Below, in pieces: positions 1 to 13,284 of a stretch of DNA of 64,000 nt. The translations under genes were made by a program, and so were the position numbers. Source of the stretch: Octopus sinensis (Eukaryota); contig NC_043001.1 of NCBI RefSeq assembly GCF_006345805.1, positions 57,412,001-57,476,000 of the forward strand, written 5' to 3'. The notes beneath the pieces were generated by a model. It searched no databases. It had not been told where the DNA came from and saw only the letters and a list, made by a program, of their open reading frames with translations. Positions within the stretch are counted from its first letter, which is position 1, and each line of letters begins with the position of its first letter.

Positions 1-369
1 ATCTGATGGAGTGAAAAGGCCAGGATTGAGATGGTTTTTGGTAGAAGATAACATTTTCCTTTATCTTCTACATTGAACAATTTTAATACATATTCTTGTC
101 AACATATTAAATCAGCAGATTAAACAAAAATACTCAAGTTAAGCAGCAAATTTCTTAGTATTCTATTATGCATGGGATATAGGTTAGCTCATCTTTTATT
201 CTTTATATGAGCATAAATCATCAACCGTCTGTTGCGATTTTGCTCATCATTTCAAGTTATCGATGCAAACCAGAAATGCTCGATAGCCTCAAACTATTAA
301 TATACATATACACGCTCCGCAAAATAGACCCCACTTATGCACACTAACAGGGTGCCTCACATACACAGA

Positions 370-373
<4 letters not shown>

Positions 374-446
<73 letters not shown>

Positions 447-700
447 TACTTATACATATTTCCACACATATATATGTATATATATATATGCACACACATA
501 ACTACATATATAGAAATAGACGCAAGTACATATATGTATACATTGGTGAGTGTATCTGTTAATGTAAAGCGTGGATGTAACCTTGTATATACATTCGTAT
601 GTGTGTGCATATACATATGTGTGTTTGTGTGTGTTTATATGCGTGTATATTTGTATGTATGTCTACCTGGTCATGTATTCACGTTAGTGTTTACTTAATG
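374..700. repeat. Compound (TA)n/(CA)n/(TG)n microsatellite region
   Basis: Interrupted (TA)n at 374-480 followed by TG/TA-rich low-complexity sequence. The overlapping IY/CV ORFs are repeat artefacts. Confidence 0.95.
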
Positions 701-1071
701 TAATCTTTCACGGAAGCAAGCTTTCAGAAATAATCTGGTGTTTCTGTATGTTAAAATACACAACCATAGTTGGCCATCCATTGATTTTAGAATCACGGCA
801 TTTTATACTGGTGTTCCTCCTTTATTCACTCTTAAATTCTCTCTTTCATAAGTATATCACGTTGGTTTTATTTTTTTGTAAGGAATGTTCGAATTACGTT
901 AAGCACAATGCATTTTATGTTATCGAATAGTGTTAAGTTTACTTTCAATTGATTTTAAGCTATGATATAAGCAAGAGAACTCCTTTGGTTAGCAGAATCA
1001 CTAACATATCGAAAAAACACACTTACAATCTTTACGTATAGCTCTTTAAATATTCTTTTCTACTCTAGTCA

Positions 1072-1074
<3 letters not shown>

Positions 1075-1124
<50 letters not shown>
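1075..1124. repeat. (TA)n microsatellite
   Basis: Pure TA run. Confidence 0.97.
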
Positions 1125-1125
<1 letters not shown>

Positions 1126-1132
1126 CATTCAA

Positions 1133-1348
1133 AATAATTTTCTACTCTAGCTACAAGCCCCTAAATTTTGGGTGAAGGGTCATTTGATTAGATAGACCCA
1201 GGTACACAACTCGTACTTAATTTATCAACCTCGAAAGGATGAGAGGCAAAGTAACCTCGGTAGAATTTTTAATTCAGAACGTAAAATAGACGAAATACTG
1301 CTAAGCATTTCGCCCGGCGTGCTAACATTTCTGTCCTTTCACCACCTT
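1133..1348 (-). mobile_element. tRNA-headed SINE family A, diverged copy
   Basis: Reverse complement matches 1652-1830 (GTTAGCACGCCGGGCGAAATGCTTAGC ... TTTGCCTCTCATCCTTTCGAGG). Tail reads CTTGTAGCTAGAGTAGAAAAT. Confidence 0.85.
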
Positions 1349-1651
1349 ATAGGTTTTTAAATATTGAGTTTAAATCCACCAGAGGTTGACTTTGTCTTAC
1401 AATATGTTACGAAACAAAATATTGGAGAACGAGTAAACTTACTATATGCTCCTTTGATAATTGAAATTTCTTTTAATTTGAAACTGAAAATTATATTACA
1501 TCTGCTTATGTACTGTGATCGCACCATCTCAACATCCATTTAACTCTCGACTTCACATCATCAGTTAAAATTAAACTCATTTAGGACTGCCCCGTTCCGA
1601 ATTTAGTGGACTTCTTAATGTGTCAGTACTCAATATATTAGGAGATATGAA

Positions 1652-2068
1652 GGCGGCGAGCTGGCAGCAACGTTAGCACGGCGGGCGAAATGCTTAGCGG
1701 TATTTCGTCTGCCGCTACGTTCTGAGTTTAAATTCCCCCGAGGTCGACTTTGCCTTTCACCCTTTCGGGGTCGATTAAATAAGTAGCAGTTACGCACTGG
1801 AGTCGCTATAATCGACTTAATCCGTTTGTTTCTCCTTGTTTGTCCTCTTTGTGTTTAGCCCCTTGTGGGTAGTAAAGAAATAGGTATTTCCTCTGCTGTT
1901 ACGTTCTGAGTTCAAATTATGTCGGGTTCGACTTTGCCGTTCCTCCTTTCAGGGTCAATTAAAGAAGTACAAGTTGAGCACTGGGGTCGGTGTAGTAGAC
2001 TTAATCCCTTTGCCTGTCCTTGTTTATCTCCTCTATGTTTAGCTCCCTGTGGCAATAAAGAAGTAAAT
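1652..2068 (+). mobile_element. SINE family A, head-to-tail dimer with 19-bp TSD
   Basis: Head GGCGGCGAGCTGGCAGCAACGTTAGC with Pol III A-box-like and B-box-like (GAGTTTAAATTCC) motifs, then core GGTCGACTTTGCCTTTCACCCTTTCGGGGTCGA. A second unit restarts at GGTATTTC (~1883). Flanks are ATATATTAGGAGATATGAA (1633-1651) and ATATATTAGGAGAGATGAA (2069-2087), 18/19 identical. Confidence 0.92.
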
Positions 2069-2822
2069 ATATATTAGGAGAGATGAAACGATTGGCTGAA
2101 AAATTTATTTAACTCAATATTCAGAGATCATGCCTTCAAACACACTGAAGACATTTTGCTGACTTTCTAGTCGCAATCATTTACCAGTATTTTTGAATTA
2201 ATGAATAAGGCAGTGTGCAACATACACAAATGAAAAGGAAGACTAGCAAAGAATAATGTATTTGCTTTAGTTTACATCTTAAAATGCAGCTATACGTTGG
2301 CTATCCAATTATGAGTTTTATTTACATCGTTAACTAGACAACAATTTCATTAAGAAAACGAGACTGGAAAACAAAAACTGAATTTTCAGTAAATCACCCA
2401 ATATCTGACAGAATGTATTTTTATGCCATAATACGGGAAGCGAGGCGTTTTCTAAAATATATGAAAAAATTAAAATATGCACTCTATGTCCACAAAAATA
2501 TCAAGGAGGGAACAACGGAAAACTAATACAGTCTTTATAAAATATGACAAAGAAAACAATTGTTTTTTTCTTATTTCAAGGAACCAACAGATAGGAGGAG
2601 GTGAATTTCGAAAAATGGAAAGCGCGTAGTTTAAATAATGAGGAGAAAGAGCAAAAGAACAAATGAAACAAAGCTGAAAATAAGCATTACATTTTGTTGA
2701 ATAATTCCACGCTAAATTAATGGCGAAAATATTTGAGATATTCAAAGCATGTAAAAGACAAAAAATCAACGTAGATTTGTTTTTCATTATGGCACAGGAT
2801 CAAACCATTCCATCATAGATTC

Positions 2823-4520
2823 CACTGGCCAACAGTTTCTAACTTTTTCTCTGCTGACCTACGTTTGAGTCTTGTTTTGGGGTAATTCGAGGTCATTGGG
2901 TTTAAAAATAGCAATGTTTTTTTTTCTCTCAGGTCAAAATGTTATTCTATGGGCTGGCTTATATTGGCCCCACCCATAGCTCAATGTTTCAAAAAGTATT
3001 TGAATGTGTTTTTCGTAGGGTGCGTTAGCAGCAAGAGACTCAGTGTCAGTTGAGCGTTCAGTGAGTGCCAGTTGCGACGCTCTATCCGCCTAGTATATTT
3101 ACATGTGTTTCCTAATAACTGTGTGCTTGAACGCTCGTGCGTCATCGTTTGTGTTATTAATCTTTTCTTACACTCAACAAATATACAAAATATTTTATAG
3201 TCGAACATTTCTGTTTTATCTATGTATTTAGACATCTATTTTGACAAACGTAGATATATGCTTCTTTATTTATTATTTTCTTTCTTTACGCATTTATTTC
3301 CGGAAATAACTTAGGGGTTCAGTAGCATGGCGTCATTGTGAAGGAAATGTTTGAATTTCCCTGACTTTTTTTGTATGTGTGTGTGTTTTACGTGCCAAGT
3401 CAGTGACCGAACATTAGCGACTCTGTGAAAAGATCCTACATGGATCACTTTAAGATTAAAGTTAGTGATCAGGATAAATCGTGGGTCCCGCACAAAAATT
3501 ATGTAAACCCTGTGTCAAAACATCTGTGGACAAAGGCACTGGAAACAACTAACAATTAGCATTCCTATAGTATGACGGGAGCCAAAGAGCAATGAAAACG
3601 GTTGCTACTTTTGTTTCACAAAGCCTTCTGGATATAGCAAGAGAATACGACAGAAAAAGGTTAGCCATATCTCAATTCAGCAACTTATGCAGTGCTTCAC
3701 TCAGATGAAATACTAGTATCTATTTTGATGTATGTGAAGTAGATGTAAATCATGAACATGACAGAGATGCAGACTTTACAGAAACACTAACGAAAGAAAG
3801 TGAACACTTTCAACCAGGCAGAACTTAGTGATTTAGTTAGAAACCTAGGACTGTCAAAAGTGTAATTAGAACTGTTAGCTTCTAGGCTTAAAGAGAAGAA
3901 TTTGTTGCAGAAAGAAACAAACGTGACTTCATAACGGAGCAGGGTAAAAAGATCTCTTGGCATTCTTTACAACTGGAAAATATGTGGCTTATTGTTGTGA
4001 CGTGGCGGGATTGTTAAACGTGACCTGATGGGTGTTGAACAGTATGATCCTAGTGAATGGAAACTCCTTATAGATAGTTCATAGATGGGTCTAAAATGTG
4101 TATTACTCTATAATGGAAACTTGTTTCGTATGCTTCTATTGATCACTTAAAATAGAATTATGATCACCTAAAACTTGTATTAGATTTACTCAAGAATGAT
4201 AAACATAAAGGGGTCTTATATGTGAATCTAAAAATCGTCTACTTTTTAGTTGCCCAACAGCGAGGGTGTACAAAATATCTGCAGCTAAATATTATCTCTG
4301 ATTAAAGTAGTTCATCTATATGGTATAACAATTATTTTATAGATACATAAGGTTTTTAAGTATGTGTAGGTGTTTTCAGGAATGACTCTTCAGTAGAAGT
4401 GAACTGTGACATTTCAAAATCGGTGTTTAATCATGGAACGGCATTCAAGGTGGAACACAAATTCTTCGCACATACTTATCTATGGGACAGTATTCGTGGT
4501 AAACCTCACCAAGAAGCTTT
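2823..4520 (+). mobile_element. Decayed DNA transposon, CMC/Chapaev3-like (transposase pseudogene ~3327-4500)
   Basis: Manual translation across stops and frameshifts: MAS..RKCLNFPDFFC, VSDQDKSWVPHK, IPIV*REPKSNENGCYFC, EWKLLIDSS*MGLKCVLLYNGN, VNLKIVYFLVAQQRGCTKY, IMERHSRWNTN. Putative left end CACTGGCCAACAG at 2823; no right TIR found. Family assignment is from motif recall. Confidence 0.7.
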
Positions 4521-5516
4521 ATATCTAATCGCAGACAATTGTATCACTAAATAATTACTTCATTCAAGTAGTGCCACCGTAATCGCTCCTGAATACATCA
4601 GTCAATCTTTGAGCGGCATACAGCAGAGTCAAAACCTGTATCACCTCTTTGCATATGGGTGGGAATAATGGAATGATGCAGGAAGAGAAATTTAGTAAGG
4701 TAAAAATATAGTATGGTAAAAACGAGAGGTTGGTGAGTAAGGAAGGTAGGTAATCAAACACTGAAATAAGGCTTATTTTGAGAAATAACAAATGAAAGTT
4801 TATGAATAATGGTGTGGTTTGTGATATAACTAGGGGAGAGAGATGAAAGTAATGAAATTTATTGAAGAGACGCTATAAAATAAATTAGGATTAATGAGAG
4901 ACCAAATGAAATGGGAGGTAAAGTTTGAGATCTGAGATAAGATATAAGGGAAAATATTGGAGATGAAGATTATTAAATGACGGGCGAAAAGAAAAGAAAG
5001 ATGAGAAAGAGGAGTGGGAGACAAGACAGTAAGAGAAAAACTAGAAAATTAGGATGCGTTATGTAATGACAGATGAACTGGTTTCTAAGAAATTTAGTGA
5101 GACATGGAGACCATGGGAAATTACATAAGCCGATATTATAAGATAAAAGTTACAAGATAAATACTTGAATTTCCGATATGAGAACGACGGTGGCGTGGAA
5201 AAACTATAAAACATATAAAGGAAATCAATAAATCTAGAAAATTGCACAGCCTTGATCACCAGGAATATTAAACACCATAACCTACTTAGCTACGAAGCAA
5301 TAGACTTTCGAGTGTCACTATCAGTTTGATAGAGATGAATCCGTAAAAGCGCTCACTAATCGCAGCTTTGACGTTGTCCCTAATTTAGAAGTTTTTCTAC
5401 ACACTAAGGAGAACTCACTTTTATATTTTGTCGGGGACATCGCACCATCACTATAGTCAATGTCGTCGCCAACTTCACCGCTATTGTCACTGCTATCCTG
5501 ACCGTCCCATCGTCGA

Positions 5517-5578
5517 TTCGTCGTCGTCGTCGTCATCATCATCATCATCATCATCATCGTCGTCGTCATCATCATCGT
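5517..5578. repeat. (CAT/CGT)n trinucleotide repeat
   Basis: Interspersed CGT and CAT units. Confidence 0.95.
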
Positions 5579-5904
5579 GGTCTAAATTGCCAACGTTATT
5601 ATTGTCATTGTTTTAGTATTCTCGTCATTATGATAAGCATTATCACTCCCATCATCTTTATTACCATTGTTTTTTGAATGGACAATCTGGTCTTCGTCAT
5701 CGAGTTTTAAGTACACCACAGGCAATAGCGACATCATTAGCGTGATCGTCACATTCCGCCTTCTCCTCCACTTTATCATCGTTATCATTAATCAATATCA
5801 ACTTCATCATTAAAACAAGGTGCCCCTCCCTTTTCATTCTCATCATTTTTCTACACTTCCATAGCTTCATATCACCATCATCCCAATCTTCATCATCATC
5901 ATCG

Positions 5905-5915
5905 CCATAATTATG

Positions 5916-5989
<74 letters not shown>

Positions 5990-5999
5990 AATAATAATC

Positions 6000-6048
<49 letters not shown>
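5905..6048. repeat. (AAT)n microsatellite
   Basis: Long AAT run with occasional GAT/CAT units. Confidence 0.97.
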
Positions 6049-6381
6049 GGGGCTGATAGCTACCTAACTCAGATACCAGGAAACCCAAAAATGGCAGAAG
6101 TTCAAAAGATAGTGCTCATGGGAACTGCTCATATCCTACGCAAAATACTCTCTATGTAACCTCAAGGTTTAAAACAACCATAATTTTCGGTTTAAAAAAA
6201 AAAAAAAAAAAAAAAACATTTTTTTTTTTTTAGACATTCATTAGTACAACATCCCCACCCCCCAAATATATGGCACACTAGGCATAACAACAACATGAAC
6301 TTCCAACCCTGTTGTCTCTTGAGGTCTCTGGGTGAGACTTGGAGCCAACTTGTACAAATATAAAGCAAAAGTCAAACATAG
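6049..6381 (+). mobile_element. 5'-truncated Dong/R4-type non-LTR retrotransposon 3' end
   Basis: Translates GADSYLTQIPGNPKMAEVQKIVLMGTAHILRKILSM*, a typical RLE-clade C-terminus, followed by a 3' UTR. (AAT)n lies on both sides. Confidence 0.85.
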
Positions 6382-6451
6382 AATAATAATAATAATAGTA
6401 AAAATTAATAGTCATATAATAATAACAATGATCATAATGATAGTAATGATA

Positions 6452-7323
<872 letters not shown>

Positions 7324-7324
<1 letters not shown>

Positions 7325-7982
7325 GAGGACTGGATGCTGCGGATTGTGTGCAAACACGAAAGCAGCATGAGTAACTCATAAGATATGACAGACTAGGACA
7401 GTACTTTCACTGGAATGCTTATAAATACTACAAAATTAAATCCCATGGTAAGTGGTACGAGCATCATCCAGATGATGTAGTAAATGGTGAAGGCGTCACC
7501 ATACTTTGGAACTTCCCAATAAAAGAAACAGTTAAATTGATTGCAATCGACCAGATATTGTGGACAAGGACTGAAACAGAGGAATTTTTTCTGTTATTAG
7601 ATATGTCTGTCCCACAAGAGCAAAGTGTCTAAAGGAAAGAATACGAAAAGCTTTCTCAGTATAAATATCTACAAATTGAAATCACAAAAATGTGGAGGCT
7701 AAGTACAACGATAATACCAGTAGTAATTGGTGCGTTGGGAATGATTAAGACGGGAGCTAAGAAGTATATTAAGCAACTCCCTTGTAACTCCAATCTCCGT
7801 AAGCTAAAAAAGGTAACCTTGATGGGTAACAGACCATATCTACGGAAAGCACTCTCCATCCAAAATGGAATGTGTGGTGATAATTTTAGCTTGCATAGCA
7901 AAACAAGAGTACCCTTGCTTCTCTTGGCCTCCGGAGGATGCCCGGTACTTAGGCAGCTGAAATAACATTATAATGAAAAGAA

Positions 7983-7987
<5 letters not shown>
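7324..7987 (+). mobile_element. Dong/R4-type LINE 3' fragment (zinc-finger remnant plus restriction-like endonuclease)
   Basis: YDRLGQYFHWNAYKYYKI..KWYEHHPDDVVNGEGVTILWNFPI, NRPDIV, EKLSQYKYLQIEITKMWRLSTTIIPVVIGALGMIK...MGNRPYLRKALSI. Flanked by (AAT)n. Confidence 0.88.
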
Positions 7988-8024
<37 letters not shown>

Positions 8025-8047
8025 TAATAATAATGATGCAGTACCTA

Positions 8048-8603
8048 ATGCCCTGATGCAGTACCAGGCAGTGGCTCTCATGGCTTCTGATCTTAACTGA
8101 TTGGAAGTGTTATCATGTACGTTGTTTTGTCTTGGTATAAAAGATGGGCTACAGCAAATATTCTGCTCAATACCACAGATTTGCTTGTCAGTTGTTTGAC
8201 CTTAACCAGTTGAGCATGTCCCTTCGTGGCTGACAATATGTGCATCTCTGATCACGAGCAGAAGTAGTGGGGGAGCATCATAGCCATGTGTTGAGAGGGA
8301 TTCTTTGGGGGTTGAATAGTTCACCTCTGGAAACATGGGTGGTTCTTTCAACATCCTTAAACAACCCTTATTCAGGGACCGTTTGAGCGGGATGGGCTAC
8401 TCAATCTGAAGAAAATTCTAACTGGGCCCCACCTGCAAGGTTATGTGCTGTTTATCTTGATATGAGATCACCATGTCGCGCACATATGGTTGTGATGCAT
8501 GTGCCTGGTGTACCTTTATCAGACGGGTAGTCATGATGGGTATATTGGGCTTCGTATATTTTACCCCAGTGTCACTTTGATGGCATGCACTGCTCTCTCA
8601 CTC
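8048..8603 (+). mobile_element. ~550-bp non-coding interspersed repeat embedded in (AAT)n, copy 1 (strand uncertain)
   Basis: Aligns end to end with 25084-25634 (ATGCCCTGATGCA ... GCATGCACTGCTCTCTCACTC) and partly with 30005-30178. (AAT)n on both sides; no recognisable ORF. Confidence 0.85.
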
Positions 8604-9190
<587 letters not shown>

Positions 9191-9243
9191 ATAATGATAA
9201 TAAAAAAAAATAATAATAAGTATAAGTTTTATTATCATTATCT

Positions 9244-9292
<49 letters not shown>
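9244..9292. repeat. (AGT)n microsatellite
   Basis: Pure AGT run. Confidence 0.95.
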
Positions 9293-9294
<2 letters not shown>

Positions 9295-9827
9295 TCACAG
9301 CCACAACTACCAACATCATGAACAGCACCACCAGCACATGCGTCATTATCATCACCATCATTATCATCAGTAGCAGTAGCAGCATTAACAGCATCTAGAT
9401 CCTAGTACACACACATGGTCCTGTTTGCTCGTTGCAAGAGTTTTACGGAAGGACAGTATCTCAATGAAAGTGATACAAAGCGTTCTTATTGCTAATTACG
9501 TCCCTTCTCTGAGTTAAAACTGGAAACGACTTTAAAGTTTATTCTCTCTGGCTATTTGAAGAACGTTTCATTCATAGACTGTGGTTATCAATACACGTAT
9601 GCACAAAATGTGTGCATCTTTATAGATCTAGAAACCTATTCTAGTTACTTCTCCTTTACATCAAACCTATTTTTTAAGTACAGAAACAACACACTACATA
9701 CAGGTTCAAGATAACACTAAGCAGATAGAATCTCCATAGATGGAAAGATCTTGCATCATAGGCATGTCCGTTACGTTCCAAATCGAGTTAAATAATGTAA
9801 ATTGTTGTGGCAGGCGTGGCTAACAGT

Positions 9828-9985
9828 TACGCTGACCCAGTGCTCGACAGTGAATTGTATTATCGACCCGGAAACGCGGAAAGGCAAAAATCGACCGCAG
9901 TAGATTTGCAACCCAGACGGTACATCCGGAAAAATGCCGCTTAACATTTTGTCCTGACACCATCGATGCTGCAGCTCGTGAACTT
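9828..9985 (-). mobile_element. SINE family A, old diverged copy
   Basis: GACCCAGTGCTC..TTATCGACCCGGAAACGCGGAAAGGCAAAAATCGACC matches the reverse complement of the family A core. Confidence 0.65.
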
Positions 9986-10080
9986 AATACGGTTAAATAA
10001 GGAAAACAGATAAATTCTCCTCTTTCACTTTTGTCATTCGTCCCTTCTGAAATATGTTTTATTATAGTTTTCATCAATTA

Positions 10081-10109
10081 CATCATCATCATCATCGTCG
10101 TCGTCGTCG

Positions 10110-10164
<55 letters not shown>

Positions 10165-10193
10165 TGTCATCATCATCGTCATCGTCGTCATTG

Positions 10194-10225
<32 letters not shown>

Positions 10226-10327
10226 GTCATCGTCATCATCGTCATCATCGTCATCATCGCCATCGTCTTTGTCGTTGTCGTCGTCATCACCATCATCATT
10301 ATCATCATCATCATCGTCATCATCATC
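10081..10327. repeat. (CAT/CGT)n trinucleotide repeat
   Basis: About 250 bp of CAT with CGT/TGT variants. Source of the poly-H/I/S/D/M ORFs. Confidence 0.96.
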
Positions 10328-11119
10328 GGTACCACTGAAAAACGAAATATATGTATATGTGCTAGATTCTTGATCTTTTCTCACACTGCAATGTCCTCCG
10401 TTGTATCTCTCTATCTTTCCTCTTCTCTCTCTTTGGAGTGTTCATGCAAATGTATATGAAAACGTGAATTTGTATACTTGTTGAGGTAAAATAAATCGCT
10501 TTTGTCTGAAAATGCATAATTTAGCAATATGAGTGTATATCGATACGTTAAGTACAAGAATGAATGGTTTTCCATATCTTCTGCTTAACTGGATTGCAGT
10601 TAAGCCAGATAAATAATTTTAAATAATTTAAGAAATAAAATATCACAGAAATACAATGGAAACGTTTGTGGCGTTCCTCGTTAATATTAATGTTCGTTGT
10701 GATCACCATAATTTTCATCATGATTGTCTTAAATGGGTTGGAAGTCGGTTACACGGCACGGCATCTAACTATGTATGTATGAATGTATGTATGCATATAT
10801 GTATGTATGCATATATGTATGTATGTATGTGTGCATATATGTATGAATCTATGACTATGTATATATGTTGTTACTTATGCAGCAAAATGTTTGGGATGTC
10901 TTGCAACCTCTATCTACAGAGTTCAAAATCTTACGAACAAAATATTGCTTTTAACCTCTCTGCTAACCCCAAGTAAATGTGTCGGTATAATGGACCTTCT
11001 TTAAATGGTACTTAAGCGACAATGGCAAAACCAATAATTTCTGGCAAAGAATAGCTTGAGATATGTAAATTATATCTCTAACGTCTGTAATCATACTCTT
11101 AAGTGATTAACACTGGTTT

Positions 11120-11330
11120 CAAATTTTGGCTCAAGGCAGCAATTTCCGTAGACGGGATAATATGTTACATCGACCCCAAGGTTCAGCTGGTGCTTCTTTT
11201 ATCGATCCCCAAAAAATGAAAGGCAAGTCATCCCGAGTAAATTCGGAAAACGTGAATTCGGAGGAAATTCAACTAAGCTTTTTTTTTTCTTGTGTGTGTG
11301 GTAACGATTCTGCCATTTCGTCGCTTTCTT
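11120..11330 (-). mobile_element. SINE family A, old diverged copy
   Basis: ACATCGACCCCAAGG..TTTTATCGATCCCCAAAAAATGAAAGGCAAGTC..GTAACGATTCTGCCATTTCGTCGC matches the reverse complement of family A. Confidence 0.65.
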
Positions 11331-11537
11331 AATTGATTGATATTGTCAATTATTTTTTTGGTTCTGTGGTCGTTAAAATATCTAACTCACCGGTGCCAAT
11401 GTATATCTAAACGACTGATCCTAATCTTTAGATTCTTGTTGTGGAGTGTAATATCTGTGTGATAAAGGGTAAAGTATTTTAACAAATATACTATCGGATT
11501 ATATACTTTTGCTTGCAAGTTTAAAGCGGAATCTAAA

Positions 11538-11622
11538 TTGATCGTACTGAAGCAACGATACAATACAGATACATAAAGACTCCTCAACTGTGTTTCGGCA
11601 TGTTGTTAAGCTAGTGTTTTGG
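11538..11622 (-). repeat. 85-bp dispersed repeat shared with 20140-20224, possibly a Penelope-like terminal repeat fragment
   Basis: Reverse complement CCAAAACACTAGCTTAACAACATGCCGAAACACAGTTGAGG...CAGTACGATCAA aligns to 20140-20224 with few mismatches. Confidence 0.7.
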
Positions 11623-12021
11623 CTTTGATATTATTGTTTTCAAGAATGACTTACTCAAAGGGAGTGAATTTCATCTTACGGAGCATGTTTGGATAAGATC
11701 ACCAAGACTTGTAAATGGGACAAAAATAGTCAAAGCTCATATGTTGCTCCAATAGAATGCAGCAGATGATGACATTTACTTGCCTATGCTCCGGCTGAAT
11801 ACATGGTGCAAATATTTGCTACAGACTGAATATTCTACAAATATCCGAAACCAGATATTAGTGTGAAATTAGTGTCTTACTAAGTTTATGTCATCATTTT
11901 GCTTTTACTAGGCAAATACGAAAGTAGATTGAAATCCGAACTATTTAAGTTCAGTGATGTTCATCAAAAATCGAGTGCTGCAGTATTTCAATGAAGAAAT
12001 ATACTGAAGTCTCTAAAATAT

Positions 12022-13284
12022 GGTGCAAGAAAACTTCGGTTCCGAAAATTCGGTCCTAATAATTGTGGTCCCAGACAATTTTTCAAATCGGTATCCGGTC
12101 ATTTCGCCCACATATCATTATGCCCACAGGATAATAAATATATTCAATTCAAAGAAACATTAATGTGGCTGCAAAATATTTTAAAATTCAGAAAAACAAA
12201 GATAAATTGATTGATGAACTTAATTATGTTTACGACCTTCATAAGATTAGTTCCGATGATACAAAGAAACTGTGGCTCTGTGAGATTCGCAATACATGTC
12301 GTGCTCCTGTTCATACAAAGAATAAACCAGGTGAACCTATAATTATTTCAACAATCAATATTCATGATCACGAACGAGCACTGAATTCAGTGGAAGCACA
12401 ATTCGCCATTTCAGCATTAAGAAAAAAATTGCAAGATGGAGTTGAAATATGTACACGAGTGCTCATTTCAGAAACAACAAATAATATTAGTGAGAATGCG
12501 AAATATGAATTACCACGGTTGCAGACAGTTTCGAGAACTGTTACAAACTCGCACAATAAAGCTTTTGATGCCCTTCTGTTGCCTCTTCATCGAAATGGAT
12601 TTCAAGTGCCTGATTCTTTTAAATACTTGGAAGGCGGTGATTTGATCCTGCAATGCGACAAAGGCAGTAATGATGAAAAGAGGATTTTAATCTTTGCCTC
12701 TAACGATGGTTTCCAACAACTGGAAAACACCTCATTTTTAGGAATGGATGGTACATTCAAATCATCACCGAATGCATGGTATCAGCTTTTCACCATTCTT
12801 GTTATCATAAATGGTTGATCTTATCCTGGAGTTTTTATTCTACTGCCGCTCAAAACACAAGCAACATATGGCAAGACTTTTCTTCAAATAAAAATTTGCG
12901 GCCCAATATTAAGCCACGTCAAGTATTGATTGACTTTGAACAGGAAATTCGTAAAAACTGTGACCATAAGTTTACTGGAAGCACCAGCGGATGTTGTTTA
13001 TTTCATTTTACCAGACAGTTTATAAGAAATTATGCCAACTTGGATATAAAGTTCAATATAGTACTGATGGATCCTTTCCAACTAAAATAAAAATGTTCTG
13101 CACACTGGCATTTTTACCACCAGAAGAAGTAATTGATACTTTACTTTTTCAAGAAAATTACTCTTCTATTTAGCTATGTATTTTTTTTATTTGTTTAATT
13201 AATCTTTTCATGGGTAGTTTACTAATAATTTCTGGAACCGAATTTTACAGGTCGAATCTTCCAGGACCGAACTTACTGGTCACC
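12022..13284 (+). mobile_element. MULE (Mutator-like) DNA transposon with imperfect TIRs and 9-bp TSD
   Basis: Left end GGTGCAAGAAAACTTCGGTTCCGAAAATTCGGTCC; reverse complement of right end GGTGACCAGTAAGTTCGGTCCTGGAAGATTCGACC. Flanks CTAAAATAT (12013-12021) and CTAAAGTAT (13285-13293). Confidence 0.88.
12165..13173 (+). pseudogene. MULE transposase pseudogene (FLYWCH-like N-terminus plus DDE core)
   Basis: KKLWLCEIRNTCRAPVHT..HDH; RILIFAS..GMDGTFKSSPNAWYQLFTI; VLIDFEQ..GCCLFHF; KMFCTLAFLPPEEV. Stop at 12816-12818, frameshifts, truncated C-terminus. Confidence 0.88.

Noticed and set aside
1652-1740. tRNA gene call for SINE heads
   Set aside because: A/B-box-like motifs are present, but no full cloverleaf could be built and each head continues into SINE body.
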